A stretch of DNA of 64,000 nucleotides from an uncultured Candidatus Cloacimonadota bacterium (GCA_964398885.1 CAYNOU010000002.1:22762-86761); one strand, 5' to 3'; numbered from the stretch's first letter, positions 1 through 9,621 are shown. Notes: generated by a model from the letters alone, not told the origin. A program made the numbers and translations.

Positions 1-312
1 ATTTGCATAGTGACCTGTTCCACATCCAACATCAAGTAAAGAAACCTCCTGAAGGTCAATTCCTTCACGATTGCATAATTCAAGCATTAATCGACTGCCT
101 TCGTTGAGAATGCGTTGATTCTCTTCTTGTGATTTAATGCAACTTCCAACTCCACGCAAGTCAAAACCGTATTTTTTGTGGGTGTTTTTCCAAAAATATT
201 CTGCTTTATAATCATAATGTTTAGAATACCTAAACCATTTCAAAAAGACATAAATTCTATTAATCACTACGCGTATTGGATGTTTAAATAATTTAATAAG
301 CTTTTTATTCAT
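1..312 (-). CDS. Class I SAM-dependent methyltransferase, partial. The N-terminal part is present and the gene continues past the window start.
   Basis: Reverse-strand translation from the ATG at 310-312 gives MNKKLIKLFKHP...LLDVGCGTGHYAN, a SAM-binding motif I (GxGxG). The frame stays open to position 1. Confidence 0.55.
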   Translation of the reverse strand, partial: MNKKLIKLFKHPIRVVINRIYVFLKWFRYSKHYDYKAEYFWKNTHKKYGFDLRGVGSCIKSQEENQRILNEGSRLMLELCNREGIDLQEVSLLDVGCGTGHYAN

Positions 313-425
313 AGATTTCCTTTATAGTAATTTCTTTTAAATATCAATTTTATTCAAGTAAAAAAAATGTTTATTTCTGCGAGGTTGCGAAGTGCAACTT
401 TGAGTTAGGAAACCTTGATATACTT

Positions 426-2273
426 TTATTTAAAATCCGCTTCATAATATTTTTCAATACTACTTTTACCACACTCAAATTCTTCAATAATTGAAGTAAT
501 AGTAAATAATACATCAAGTTCTTGTTTACCATGCTTACTACAATTATCAGTTATATTTTTCAACTCTGAATATGATAAATACTCAAGGATCGATTTACAA
601 TCAATTGTCTGCTTTTGGATGCACCTAATTAAATTTGAGTTATGTTTATATGCACTTTTATATTCGACTTTCTTTCTAATTTTCAACATAATTTTCGGAT
701 AATTAGAAATAATCTTGGATAAGCAGCTTATTAAATATCGTTTAATCCTATATCTAATGGATGATATTGGTAAAGCTAAATTTGCCTCTATAATCCTAGA
801 CATTTTGGGAGATAACTTAATTAACATTTCACGGTATAAACGATTATTAATTTTTTGCTTTTCCGGGCAATTTATAGCATAAATAAAAAAGGGTGTTGAC
901 TCAAGAGGTGTTCTAACCCAGAAAAAAAATCTATTGCGGTCTATTCCTTCATAATGCCAATTAAAACATCTACTATAAATAACAAAGTGCTCATATTTCC
1001 CTTGTAGACTTTTTTCAGGGTATGATAAGAGATTTCTTTTTATCTCACCTTCAATTTCTTCTTTAGTAATCCGAGTTAAATTTTCAACTTCATTTATACT
1101 AATCATCGAATGCTTAGATATAATAAACTCAATAAGATGATTTATGTCTTTAATTCTTTTCGGCAAATTATGAGATCTTAGACAAAGACCTGTATCACCA
1201 GTAAAGTACGTGACTTTATTTCCAAAGTCTTTTTTTATTTGTCTGAAAAAAGGTAGAATAAAACTCATAAATAAATAGTTCATACCCCTTTTAATATCAA
1301 GTAATTTTATAAAATCCTTACCTTTGGGTGAACTAAGGGGAAATAAATGCCAATCAATATTCAATGAACTTGCCACTTTCTCTGCAATTTCTGTATCAAG
1401 TTTAAAAACTTTATCGAAATCAAGGTATGTAACGCCTGAAAATGGAATTGAGCATTTTCTTAATGCGGCAGCAACAATTCTTGAATCTAATCCTCCACTT
1501 AAAGATAATACATTAACAAAATTATCTTCAGTATTACTTTTATTGCCGCAAGTTGCATTGAGTAATGATATTAAATTTGTAACATTTTTATTAATTGTAT
1601 TTCTACAATGTGTTTTGCAATCAAAATTTAATTGATAAATATTCTTAATTTCAAAATGTGATTCTAAAGAGTTAATCTTTATTAAAGAAGAAGGTTCTAA
1701 ACGAAAAATGTTGTTAAATAATGTTTCTTTCCCTAATGTATAACTAAATAACAAATAATTCGCTAATGATATTTTATTAAAATTTTCCTTTTTGATAAAA
1801 TTTGCAATAAATTTTATTTCTCTTGAGATATATATTTCTGATTTGTTTTTATAATAATATAAAGGCAAATGACCTAAGGCATCATTTAAAAATGCAACTT
1901 CATATGATTTTTTATCTAAAATAAATATAATAAATTCACCATCAGTATTTAACAACCAATCTGAAATTTGCTTATTTGTATTAGTCTGATTCTGAAAAAT
2001 TAGTTCCGATAATTCATTTAACTCTGATTTTATAGTCTGATAGTCTTTCCCATATATTTTACCTTCAAGATAAATACAATATTTATTGGTTTCAAAAGAA
2101 ATAATTGGATATTCTTTATATTTTGTATAGCCTAAAAAATAGAACTTTTTTTTTAAAAGAATCTTTCGTTTATATTCCTCAAAATGAATCAGTGAATCTA
2201 ATGATTGTAAAATTATAGATTCTTTCTTTGAAATATCTTCTGTAAAATCATAGATAAAACTTAATCCTGGCAT
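426..2273 (-). CDS. Asparagine synthetase (AsnB)-family amidotransferase-like protein with a PP-loop ATP pyrophosphatase domain. It has no N-terminal catalytic Cys.
   Basis: 615 aa ORF with the SLSGGLDSRIVAAAL motif (SGGxDS PP-loop). The N-terminus is MPGLSF, not the MCG of a class II glutamine amidotransferase. It sits in polysaccharide-locus context. Confidence 0.65.
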   Translation of the reverse strand: MPGLSFIYDFTEDISKKESIILQSLDSLIHFEEYKRKILLKKKFYFLGYTKYKEYPIISFETNKYCIYLEGKIYGKDYQTIKSELNELSELIFQNQTNTNKQISDWLLNTDGEFIIFILDKKSYEVAFLNDALGHLPLYYYKNKSEIYISREIKFIANFIKKENFNKISLANYLLFSYTLGKETLFNNIFRLEPSSLIKINSLESHFEIKNIYQLNFDCKTHCRNTINKNVTNLISLLNATCGNKSNTEDNFVNVLSLSGGLDSRIVAAALRKCSIPFSGVTYLDFDKVFKLDTEIAEKVASSLNIDWHLFPLSSPKGKDFIKLLDIKRGMNYLFMSFILPFFRQIKKDFGNKVTYFTGDTGLCLRSHNLPKRIKDINHLIEFIISKHSMISINEVENLTRITKEEIEGEIKRNLLSYPEKSLQGKYEHFVIYSRCFNWHYEGIDRNRFFFWVRTPLESTPFFIYAINCPEKQKINNRLYREMLIKLSPKMSRIIEANLALPISSIRYRIKRYLISCLSKIISNYPKIMLKIRKKVEYKSAYKHNSNLIRCIQKQTIDCKSILEYLSYSELKNITDNCSKHGKQELDVLFTITSIIEEFECGKSSIEKYYEADFK

Positions 2274-2357
2274 CTTCTTAATATGTTAAACTTTTGTTTG
2301 TAATAGATAAAATAATTATAGTTGATAATAAAAATTCAAAAATTTGAATATTTCTAT

Positions 2358-4256
2358 TCATGTATTGAATAATATTTTTACTATCTTATTAGCAATAGAT
2401 TCAGGGTCTAATCCCTGCACTTTATATACTTCTTCATTTTTTCCAGAGACTCCATATCGTGTAACACCAAATTTTACTAATTTGCATTGAATTCCATATT
2501 CAACTAATTTTTCAGAAACAATGCTTCCCAAACCGGTATTCACATTATGGTCTTCATAAGTAAAGATATAACCTGTGGAAGCTGCACTTTCTAAATCTTC
2601 TTTGCAAATATCAGAAACGCATGATAGATTCCAAACTGAGATATTAATTCTTTTACTTTTTAAGATTTCATATACTTTTAATGCTTTTTCAACCATCCCC
2701 CCGGTAGAAATTATCGTTGCATCATTTCCAGACCTAAGTCGGTCTGCTTTACCATAACAAAATTGATAATTGTTACTGTAAAAAACTTCATTATTTTCAT
2801 CTAAAATAATTTCAGTTTTGGAACGTCCAAGTGGTACGAAAAAGTTACCATTTTCAGATGCAATATATCTTATAATCTTATCAGTTTGGTTCGCATCTGC
2901 AGGAATAATTATTTTAAATCCAAAGAGATTACGCATCACACCAATATAATCAATGCATTGATGAGTTTTGCCATCCTCACCTACATCTAAACCAACATGA
3001 GTAGTAATCAATTTCAGATTGGTATGATTAATATCATTCAATCTCTGCTGGTTATAAGTCTCGTCTACACCAAAGACACCAAAATCAGAGTAAAAAGTTA
3101 TAATGCCTTCTTTAGACATAGCACCTGCAATTACTGCTGTGTTATGCTCTTGAATTCCACCTTGATAAAAGTTGTCGGGATTCTCTTTTGCAAATTTATT
3201 AGTTTTGACGGAGCCAGCAAGATCACAATCAAAAACTGCGAAATCAACTATATCTTTGTTTACTCGGACTAAATCAGCTAAAGCATTTCCATAAGCATCA
3301 CGATTTGCAACCTTTTTATCCTTATCATATATTTTTGGCTTGCCTTTTTGAACATTTTGTTTGCTTTTTTCTTCGGGATTGTTTGGGGGAATAATAAAAC
3401 TTTCCCTTAAATTTTTATATTTATCCAAATCATTTTTTACATTCAATTCATTCAAGGCTTTTTCACATTGAGACTCATTTAAAGCTTTTCCGTGGAACTG
3501 TGCATCATTTTCCATAAAAGAAACTCCTTTACCCATAACAGTATGTGCTAATATTGCAACAGGAGAATCTTTATAGGAATTCGCTCTTTCTAACGCAGAA
3601 AAAATTTGGCGAAAATCATGACCATCAATTTCAACCACTTCCCAGCCATCTGAGAGATAATTCTCCTTGATATTTTGGGGCATTACATTGCAAATTTTTC
3701 CACTTATCTGAAGTTTGTTATAATCAATTAGCACAGTGATGTTATTAAGACCGTATTTTCTTACAAATCTTCGTGCTTCTGATATTTGACCTTTTTGCTG
3801 TTCACCGTCCCCCATAGCCACAAAAACATTGTATTGAAGTCCTCGTTGCTTTCCTGCTAAAGCAAATCCGCATCCTGCAGAAAGTCCCTGTCCTAAATTG
3901 CCGGTTGCCCATTCAATACCGGGCACACTTGGCTCAACATGTCCTTCAAATATGCTTCCCGCTTTCCTGAAATAAGCAATAGCGTCATCAATATTAAAAA
4001 ATCCGAATCGTCCTAAAACAGAGTAAATTCCAGGAGCAGTATGCCCATGACTGATAACAATCCTATCACGATGTATATCTTTGAGATTATTGGGAGATAT
4101 GTTTGCAAAAGAATATAATGCAAGATATAAATCTAAAGAAGACACTGAGCCACCTGGATGGCCACTCTGAGCTAATGTAGTCATTTTCAGTATATCACCT
4201 TTACAAATGTGACTTAATTCATTTAATTCAGCTAAATCGAGTTTATTTTTTTTCAT
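2358..4256 (-). CDS. tkt: Transketolase.
   Basis: HPGGSVSSLDLYLALY, GHTAPGIYSVLG and MGDGEQQKGQISEA motifs are typical of TPP-dependent transketolase. The start is set at the internal ATG (MKKNKLDLAELN) at 4254-4256. The stop is TGA at 2358-2360. Confidence 0.85.
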   Translation of the reverse strand: MKKNKLDLAELNELSHICKGDILKMTTLAQSGHPGGSVSSLDLYLALYSFANISPNNLKDIHRDRIVISHGHTAPGIYSVLGRFGFFNIDDAIAYFRKAGSIFEGHVEPSVPGIEWATGNLGQGLSAGCGFALAGKQRGLQYNVFVAMGDGEQQKGQISEARRFVRKYGLNNITVLIDYNKLQISGKICNVMPQNIKENYLSDGWEVVEIDGHDFRQIFSALERANSYKDSPVAILAHTVMGKGVSFMENDAQFHGKALNESQCEKALNELNVKNDLDKYKNLRESFIIPPNNPEEKSKQNVQKGKPKIYDKDKKVANRDAYGNALADLVRVNKDIVDFAVFDCDLAGSVKTNKFAKENPDNFYQGGIQEHNTAVIAGAMSKEGIITFYSDFGVFGVDETYNQQRLNDINHTNLKLITTHVGLDVGEDGKTHQCIDYIGVMRNLFGFKIIIPADANQTDKIIRYIASENGNFFVPLGRSKTEIILDENNEVFYSNNYQFCYGKADRLRSGNDATIISTGGMVEKALKVYEILKSKRINISVWNLSCVSDICKEDLESAASTGYIFTYEDHNVNTGLGSIVSEKLVEYGIQCKLVKFGVTRYGVSGKNEEVYKVQGLDPESIANKIVKILFNT

Positions 4257-4378
4257 ATGAAAATCCTTTCTAACCACAAAGACACGAAGGTACAAAGATA
4301 AATGTAAAATTACGAATTACAAGTACATTGCGCTGATTCTAACACCATTTTTAATGGTGTTTTAATAAACAGTCCGCT

Positions 4379-4437
4379 CATGCCAGAGGCAGATCCTTCG
4401 GACAGCTGGCGGAGAACTTTTCGCTTGTATTGGCATG
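4379..4437. repeat. GC-rich palindromic repeat element, family A (CATGCCAGAGGCAGATCC...GGCGGAG), lying in the structured rph-tkt intergenic region.
   Basis: The 18-nt block catgccagaggcagatcc is identical to 39638-39655 and related to the perfect palindrome at 9594-9621. It is flanked by the inverted repeat catgcca/tggcatg. Confidence 0.6.
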
Positions 4438-4488
4438 CTGAAAGTTCACACCGAATAAAATTCGGCATTCGTTTCAGCACTCCTTTTT

Positions 4489-5235
4489 TCATTTTGAACT
4501 AATATCCTCAAGAAGTAATTTCTTTTCTAATTCAATAATCTCTTTTATTCCCTTATCAGCTAATTTCAACATTTCCAATAATTGAGATTCTGAAAAAGTC
4601 TTATGCTCGCTTGCTCCTTGAATTTCAATATAATTGCCATCGTCATCTTTAACGATATTCATATCAACTTCAGCAATCAAATCTTCATCATAAGCTAGAT
4701 CAAGCATTATTTCACCATTAATAAGACCAACGCTAATTGCTCCCAAAAACTTATTTAATGGGAATTCACTTATCTTTTTTTCTTTTTTCATCTTTGTAAA
4801 AGCATCGTAAAGAGCGACAAAACATCCGTTTATTGCAGCAGTTCTCGTGCCTCCATCTGCTTGAATAACATCGCAATCAAGATATATAGTTCTATCTGGA
4901 AATAATGTAAGGTCAGTAACAGCACGAAGAGACCTACTAATCAATCGTTGTATTTCCTGACTTCTCCCTTTTATCCTTCCTTTGTATCTATCACGAATTA
5001 TCCTTTTTTTAGCGCTTCTGGGAAGCATATCATATTCAGCAGTTATCCAGCCTTGATTCTTGCCTTCTTCTCGTAAAAAATGTGGAAGTTTATATTCAAC
5101 AGATGCTGTACAAATAACCTTTGTATTACCCATTTCAATAAAAACAGAACCCTCTGGGTCCTGTAAATAGTTTCTTAAAATTTTGATGTTGCGAAGCTCA
5201 TCTGTCTTTCTTCCATCACTTCTCTGGTAACTCAT
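4489..5235 (-). CDS. rph: Ribonuclease PH.
   Basis: MSYQRSDGRKTDELRNIKILRNY...GNTKVICTAS...DCDVIQADGGTRTAAINGC aligns with RNase PH. The start is placed at the internal Met (M15 of the track ORF). Confidence 0.85.
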   Translation of the reverse strand: MSYQRSDGRKTDELRNIKILRNYLQDPEGSVFIEMGNTKVICTASVEYKLPHFLREEGKNQGWITAEYDMLPRSAKKRIIRDRYKGRIKGRSQEIQRLISRSLRAVTDLTLFPDRTIYLDCDVIQADGGTRTAAINGCFVALYDAFTKMKKEKKISEFPLNKFLGAISVGLINGEIMLDLAYDEDLIAEVDMNIVKDDDGNYIEIQGASEHKTFSESQLLEMLKLADKGIKEIIELEKKLLLEDISSK

Positions 5236-6238
5236 TATCTTCTTCCTTATTTTTATTGTCAGTCTCTCTGAAATCAATTAGTTTCTCTACTAACTTTAAC
5301 AGGTTTGCTTTATTAATATTTGCCTCTGAAAATTGTAGGCTTTTCAGTTCTTTTGAAATTTTATCATTTATTCCTTGTTCAATGGTTAATTTAAAAGTAA
5401 CTTTGTTTTTATGTTCTTTACCACTCTCTTTTATTGGTTTAAATCCTGAATAATATGAAACTATTTCCATACCAAAAAGGATAGCTACCCAGTTGAAATA
5501 CAGCCATATCATAAAAATTGGGAAAGACCCAAGTGTGCCATATACAGAACGGACATTTGTAAAAGTGGCAATATACCAATCAAAACCGAATTTTAGAACA
5601 ATCCATATTATACTTGTAAATGCTGCTCCAATAAGTGCGTGTATTGTTTTGGGATGTACAGATGTAACAAATTTATAAATTACAAATAGCAATAAATAAA
5701 TACCAAAATATGGTGTAATTTTTATAAAGACTGCCAAATTAGCAACCTTACTAATCACTGGAGCAGAAGTCGTGAAAAGCAGCGCAGCAACTATAACTAA
5801 TCCACCAATTATTGCAGCTACGAATCTTTCAAAATCTCTTAACAAAGAACCGTTTCTTTTATGATAAACTTTTAATATTTTATCAAAAGTATTTGAAATA
5901 GATTTAAAAAGAAAAAAAGAAGTGATTAAAAGCAAAATTAAACCAATGACATCAAGTCCAACTCTTCTTTCTAAAAGCTGATTGAATACTGTTCTCATAG
6001 TCTCTGCAGAGCTGGGCATAAAAGTTTTAAAGATAAACTCAATTATAGCTTCTCTGATTTTTACTACAGTAATATCAGGGGTAAACAAAAAAATTACCAT
6101 CAAAAATGGAATGAATCCAAGAAAAGTAATATATGCGAGAGACGATGCTCTAAGAAAGCATTGGTCAGAAACAAAACTTGAATATATTAGCTTCAGGCTT
6201 TTATAAAACCTTTTTAAAGCGTTTCCCAATTTATTCAT
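5216..6238 (-). CDS. YihY/BrkB family inner membrane protein.
   Basis: N-terminal ...CFLRASSLAYITFLGFIPFLMVIF followed by multiple TM helices is typical of YihY/BrkB (virulence factor BrkB family). It has a charged C-terminal tail. Confidence 0.55.
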   Translation of the reverse strand: MNKLGNALKRFYKSLKLIYSSFVSDQCFLRASSLAYITFLGFIPFLMVIFLFTPDITVVKIREAIIEFIFKTFMPSSAETMRTVFNQLLERRVGLDVIGLILLLITSFFLFKSISNTFDKILKVYHKRNGSLLRDFERFVAAIIGGLVIVAALLFTTSAPVISKVANLAVFIKITPYFGIYLLLFVIYKFVTSVHPKTIHALIGAAFTSIIWIVLKFGFDWYIATFTNVRSVYGTLGSFPIFMIWLYFNWVAILFGMEIVSYYSGFKPIKESGKEHKNKVTFKLTIEQGINDKISKELKSLQFSEANINKANLLKLVEKLIDFRETDNKNKEEDNELPEK

Positions 6239-7454
6239 ATCTTAATATCTTAATTGGGTCAGAACGGCTTGCATTGATTGCCGGGAAAATACCAGCTATT
6301 AAACCAATACCAATTGATAAAACTAAAGCAATAATAATCATTTGAAGATTCGCAGCTGTCGGTGATTGCAAAAAATTTCCTAATGTATTTAATAGCAATA
6401 AGCCTATAATTATTCCGATTAATCCGCCAATTAAACTAACCATAATAGTCTGAACTAAAAACTGAACTAATATATCTTTTCTTTTTGCTCCAACTGCCAT
6501 TCTAACTCCTATTTCCCTCAATCTCTCTTTCACAGATGCTAATATCACATTAGTGATAACAATTCCACCGACAATTAATGAAATTCCTCCAATCAATAGA
6601 AAAATTAACTGTGATTGACTTGATTGTTTTTCAATATCTGCAAGACGGTCACTATTAGCTCTTACTTCAAATATTTCCTCCTCATTGCGAAGAGCTAATA
6701 AGAACTTAGATAACCTTTCCTGTGTTGGTTTTACTAATTCTGATGAGGTTACTTGAAAATCTATTGAATTTAAAGGTTCTTCTCCATACAGTTTCTTAAC
6801 AACAGTATTAAGTGGAACAAAAGCCTGCCGATTCATCCACTCAAATGCATTATGAGCCCAACCACCCATAAACATCTCTTTGTTTTCCATTATTCCTACA
6901 ACAGTAAAATTTGTATTCCCTATAGTGATACTCTTTCCCAATGCGGGTTCATTCAAGAATAAAGCCTCTTTTGCTTTTGTGCCTAATACAACAACTTTAT
7001 TTGCTTCCTCAATATCAAATTCTGAAATAAATCGTCCTTTCTCAACAAAAAAATTTTCTGCATTTTGATATTCAGGATATACCCCGCTTAATCTACAATT
7101 GAACACATTGTCTTTATATTTCAATCTTAACCGTTTAGTAATTATTGGGCTGAAGTATTGCAAATCAGGAAAATATTGTCTTATTAATCTCATATCTTTA
7201 AGAGTTAATTTTTTTTGAGCAACTTCGTCTCGTTTCTCCAAATCAAAGGTCCATTTGGGATGGATAGATAGTTTAAGAACTCCACCTCTCTCTTCTAACC
7301 ATTTCAATGATTGTTCCCTACCTCCATTTACTATTGCTAAAACTGCAATAACTGACATTGTACCCAGAATAATTCCAAGCATAGTAATTAATGTTCTGCC
7401 AATGTTGTGGAGCATATCAACGATGCCCAATCTGACATTATAAAAGATACTCAT
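6231..7454 (-). CDS. ABC transporter permease, FtsX-like (MacB/LolCE type) with a periplasmic core domain.
   Basis: 407 aa with an N-terminal TM, a large periplasmic domain, and a C-terminal FtsX-like 3-TM bundle (...SVKERLREIGVRMAVGAKRKDIL...). It is adjacent to an ABC ATPase. Confidence 0.7.
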   Translation of the reverse strand: MSIFYNVRLGIVDMLHNIGRTLITMLGIILGTMSVIAVLAIVNGGREQSLKWLEERGGVLKLSIHPKWTFDLEKRDEVAQKKLTLKDMRLIRQYFPDLQYFSPIITKRLRLKYKDNVFNCRLSGVYPEYQNAENFFVEKGRFISEFDIEEANKVVVLGTKAKEALFLNEPALGKSITIGNTNFTVVGIMENKEMFMGGWAHNAFEWMNRQAFVPLNTVVKKLYGEEPLNSIDFQVTSSELVKPTQERLSKFLLALRNEEEIFEVRANSDRLADIEKQSSQSQLIFLLIGGISLIVGGIVITNVILASVKERLREIGVRMAVGAKRKDILVQFLVQTIMVSLIGGLIGIIIGLLLLNTLGNFLQSPTAANLQMIIIALVLSIGIGLIAGIFPAINASRSDPIKILRYE

Positions 7455-8119
7455 TATCCAACAATATTCCCATCAGTTAGTTCAATCACATTATTAGCCA
7501 TTTTGGCAATATTACTGTCGTGAGTTACAACAATAACAGTATTTCCATTTTTATACAAATAGTTAAATATATTCATAATACTGCTTCCAGAGGCGCTATC
7601 TAAGTTACCTGTAGGTTCATCTGCTAAAATAATTGATGGGTTATTTACTAAAGCCCTTGCGATTGCCGTTCTTTGCCGCTCTCCTCCAGACAATTCTGCA
7701 GGTTTGTGTTTAAGTCGTTTAAGTAAACCAACTTCATCAAGAACTTTTTCAGCCCTTTTTTTTCTTACTTTTTTGCTCATTCCAGCATAAAGTAAAGGCA
7801 GACATACATTTTCTAAAACATTCATATTAGGTAAGAGATTGAAAGTCTGAAATACAAAGCCTATCTTTTTGTTACGAATTTCTGCTAATTTATTATAACT
7901 TAATCCACTTACCTCTTTCTCATCCAAAAAATATTTCCCTCGGGTTGGTGTATCCAGGCAACCCAGGATATGCAATAAAGTAGATTTTCCGGAGCCGGAT
8001 GGCCCCATTATAGCAGTATAACTATTTTTTTCAATCTCAACAGATATACTATCTAAAGCAGTAACTTTTACTTTTCCCATTTGATATATTTTCTGCAAAT
8101 TTTCAATCTTGATAAGCAT
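7454..8119 (-). CDS. ABC transporter ATP-binding protein (MacB/LolD-like).
   Basis: Walker A GPSGSGKST, ABC signature LSGGERQR and Walker B ILADEP. Confidence 0.9.
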   Translation of the reverse strand: MLIKIENLQKIYQMGKVKVTALDSISVEIEKNSYTAIMGPSGSGKSTLLHILGCLDTPTRGKYFLDEKEVSGLSYNKLAEIRNKKIGFVFQTFNLLPNMNVLENVCLPLLYAGMSKKVRKKRAEKVLDEVGLLKRLKHKPAELSGGERQRTAIARALVNNPSIILADEPTGNLDSASGSSIMNIFNYLYKNGNTVIVVTHDSNIAKMANNVIELTDGNIVG

Positions 8120-8122
8120 AAA

Positions 8123-8998
8123 TTACTTCTTCCTCAAACTTAAAGTTCCACTCGGATAAACTTTCAGATAATAGCTGCATTTTAAGTCAATGTTTTTATG
8201 AAGCTTAGCCATCAAAGTGTAATGACGAATCTGTTTTTTATATTGTTTTATTTCTTCTTCAAAAAGAAACCATATATTTGCTGTACTTTCTATTGCACGA
8301 GAAATACAATCTTCAGTCAAATAGATAGATGTTTCCCATCTATCAGGTTTTACTTTACCTGGAGAAAGGAAATAACTATCAACTAATTTATCATAATATT
8401 TATTAGATTTATATATTTGACTATAAAAATATTCATCAATCCCCGTCCCCGCGGTCCCCGATCCAATCGGGGAGGGGATAGTCGGTGATTTAATTCTATA
8501 TCTCCGTTTTCCAATATTCAGATGGAGAGCCCCAAAATTTTTTCTCACATCAGCTTCATAAACTTTATGTGGAACTTCTTCATATTCAAAGCGATATTTC
8601 CCATCTGTATGAAATGGTTGATGAAGGTCTGCAACATAATGGGAAATAACTCCTAATTCAAATACAATTATTTTCAAAGGATTATCTATAATCTTCTTTA
8701 AATAACCAGCACATTTTGGGTGATAGATAAGTGAATTTTTATTGGATAAAATTTCATGAATTAATATTGTTTCTTTTTGAATTTTTTTTACTACTGAACC
8801 GTAATGATAACCTTTTTCGTTTGGTGTGCAATTATAGTAATGATTTGTTGTATCACAAAATATTTTGTCAGGACAGATGATACCAAGTTCAAAATACTCG
8901 GGATAAACATCTATTAGCAGATTAAATTGCCGAGACATCTTTCTTAATGCCAATCGGCATATTTTAATATGAGTTGATGGATTCCAGGTCCAAATCAT
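8123..8998 (-). CDS. S1/P1 nuclease or zinc-dependent phospholipase C family-like protein.
   Basis: N-terminal MIWTWNPSTH (Trp/His zinc ligands) and HYVADLHQPFH resemble the H-x-x-D-x-H-Q-P-x-H motif of P1 nuclease/PLC. It contains an in-frame GC-rich palindrome insertion at 8439-8480. Confidence 0.4.
   Translation of the reverse strand: MIWTWNPSTHIKICRLALRKMSRQFNLLIDVYPEYFELGIICPDKIFCDTTNHYYNCTPNEKGYHYGSVVKKIQKETILIHEILSNKNSLIYHPKCAGYLKKIIDNPLKIIVFELGVISHYVADLHQPFHTDGKYRFEYEEVPHKVYEADVRKNFGALHLNIGKRRYRIKSPTIPSPIGSGTAGTGIDEYFYSQIYKSNKYYDKLVDSYFLSPGKVKPDRWETSIYLTEDCISRAIESTANIWFLFEEEIKQYKKQIRHYTLMAKLHKNIDLKCSYYLKVYPSGTLSLRKK
8439..8480. repeat. Nested GC-rich palindrome (tccccgatccaatcgggga core) embedded in-frame inside CDS 8123..8998.
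   Basis: atccccgtccccgcggtccccgatccaatcggggaggggat. It is related to the TCCCCAAT..ATTGGGGA intergenic hairpins at 39844 and 63669. It encodes the Gly/Ser/Thr-rich peptide PSPIGSGTAGTGID. Confidence 0.55.
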
Positions 8999-9066
8999 AA
9001 TAAAAATTTATAAAAATTTGTAAAAATTCATAAAGACTTTTAAAGATTCATAAAGATTTATTATTC

Positions 9067-9519
9067 TCAATCTTTCAATCTTTTTAATCTTTCAATTTTT
9101 TTCATTTCTCTTTGAACATCTTTTTCTCTAATTTTTTCTCGTTTTTCATACATCTTTTTCCCTTTTGCTAATCCCAATTCAATCTTTGCTAAACCCTTTT
9201 TGTTAATATATAATCTAATTGGTATTAAAGTAAACCCTCTTTCTTGAACACTTTTTTCAAGTCTACTTATTTCATGTTTATTAAGGAGTAATTTTCTTGT
9301 CCGAGTTGGGCTATAATGCTGATAACTTCCTTTATTATATAGGCTAACATGCATATTATACAACCACACTTCACTATTTCTAATTGAAGCATAACTATCT
9401 TTGAAATTAACTTTTCCTGCACGAATTGATTTTATTTCATTTCCTGTAAGAACAATTCCAACTTCTAATGTCTTTAATATTTGATAGTCTCTTTTGGCTT
9501 TGCGGTTTCTAATTTCCAT
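9067..9519 (-). CDS. smpB: SsrA-binding protein SmpB.
   Basis: MEIRNRKAKRDYQILKTLEVGIVLTGNEIKSIRAGKVNFKDSYA... The length (150 aa) and conserved N-terminus match SmpB. Confidence 0.9.
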   Translation of the reverse strand: MEIRNRKAKRDYQILKTLEVGIVLTGNEIKSIRAGKVNFKDSYASIRNSEVWLYNMHVSLYNKGSYQHYSPTRTRKLLLNKHEISRLEKSVQERGFTLIPIRLYINKKGLAKIELGLAKGKKMYEKREKIREKDVQREMKKIERLKRLKD

Positions 9520-9591
9520 TGAATTAGTTGAATTGGTTGAATTTGTTGAATTGGTTGAATCAGTTAAATTAGTTCAACCAGTTTAACCAGT
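9520..9591. repeat. Eight tandem copies of a 9-bp unit (TGAATTNGT / TYAACCAGT) immediately upstream of the smpB start codon.
   Basis: tgaattagt tgaattggt tgaatttgt tgaattggt tgaatcagt taaattagt tcaaccagt ttaaccagt. The periodicity is seen directly. Confidence 0.7.
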
Positions 9592-9593
9592 TT

Positions 9594-9621
9594 CCGCCAG
9601 AGGCGGATCCGCCTCTGGCGG
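9594..9621. repeat. Perfect 28-bp palindrome ccgccagaggcggatccgcctctggcgg (repeat family A).
   Basis: It is a perfect inverted repeat. It shares GCCAGAGGCRGATCCGCC with the elements at 4379 and 39638. Confidence 0.7.

Noticed and set aside
4296-4488. TPP riboswitch upstream of transketolase.
   Set aside because: No CUGAGA or TPP-binding consensus is present. The region is explained by repeat-family palindromes.
4310-4492. 60-aa ORF between rph and tkt.
   Set aside because: It lies entirely within the palindromic or structured spacer. It has a Cys/Arg-rich low-complexity translation and no RBS.
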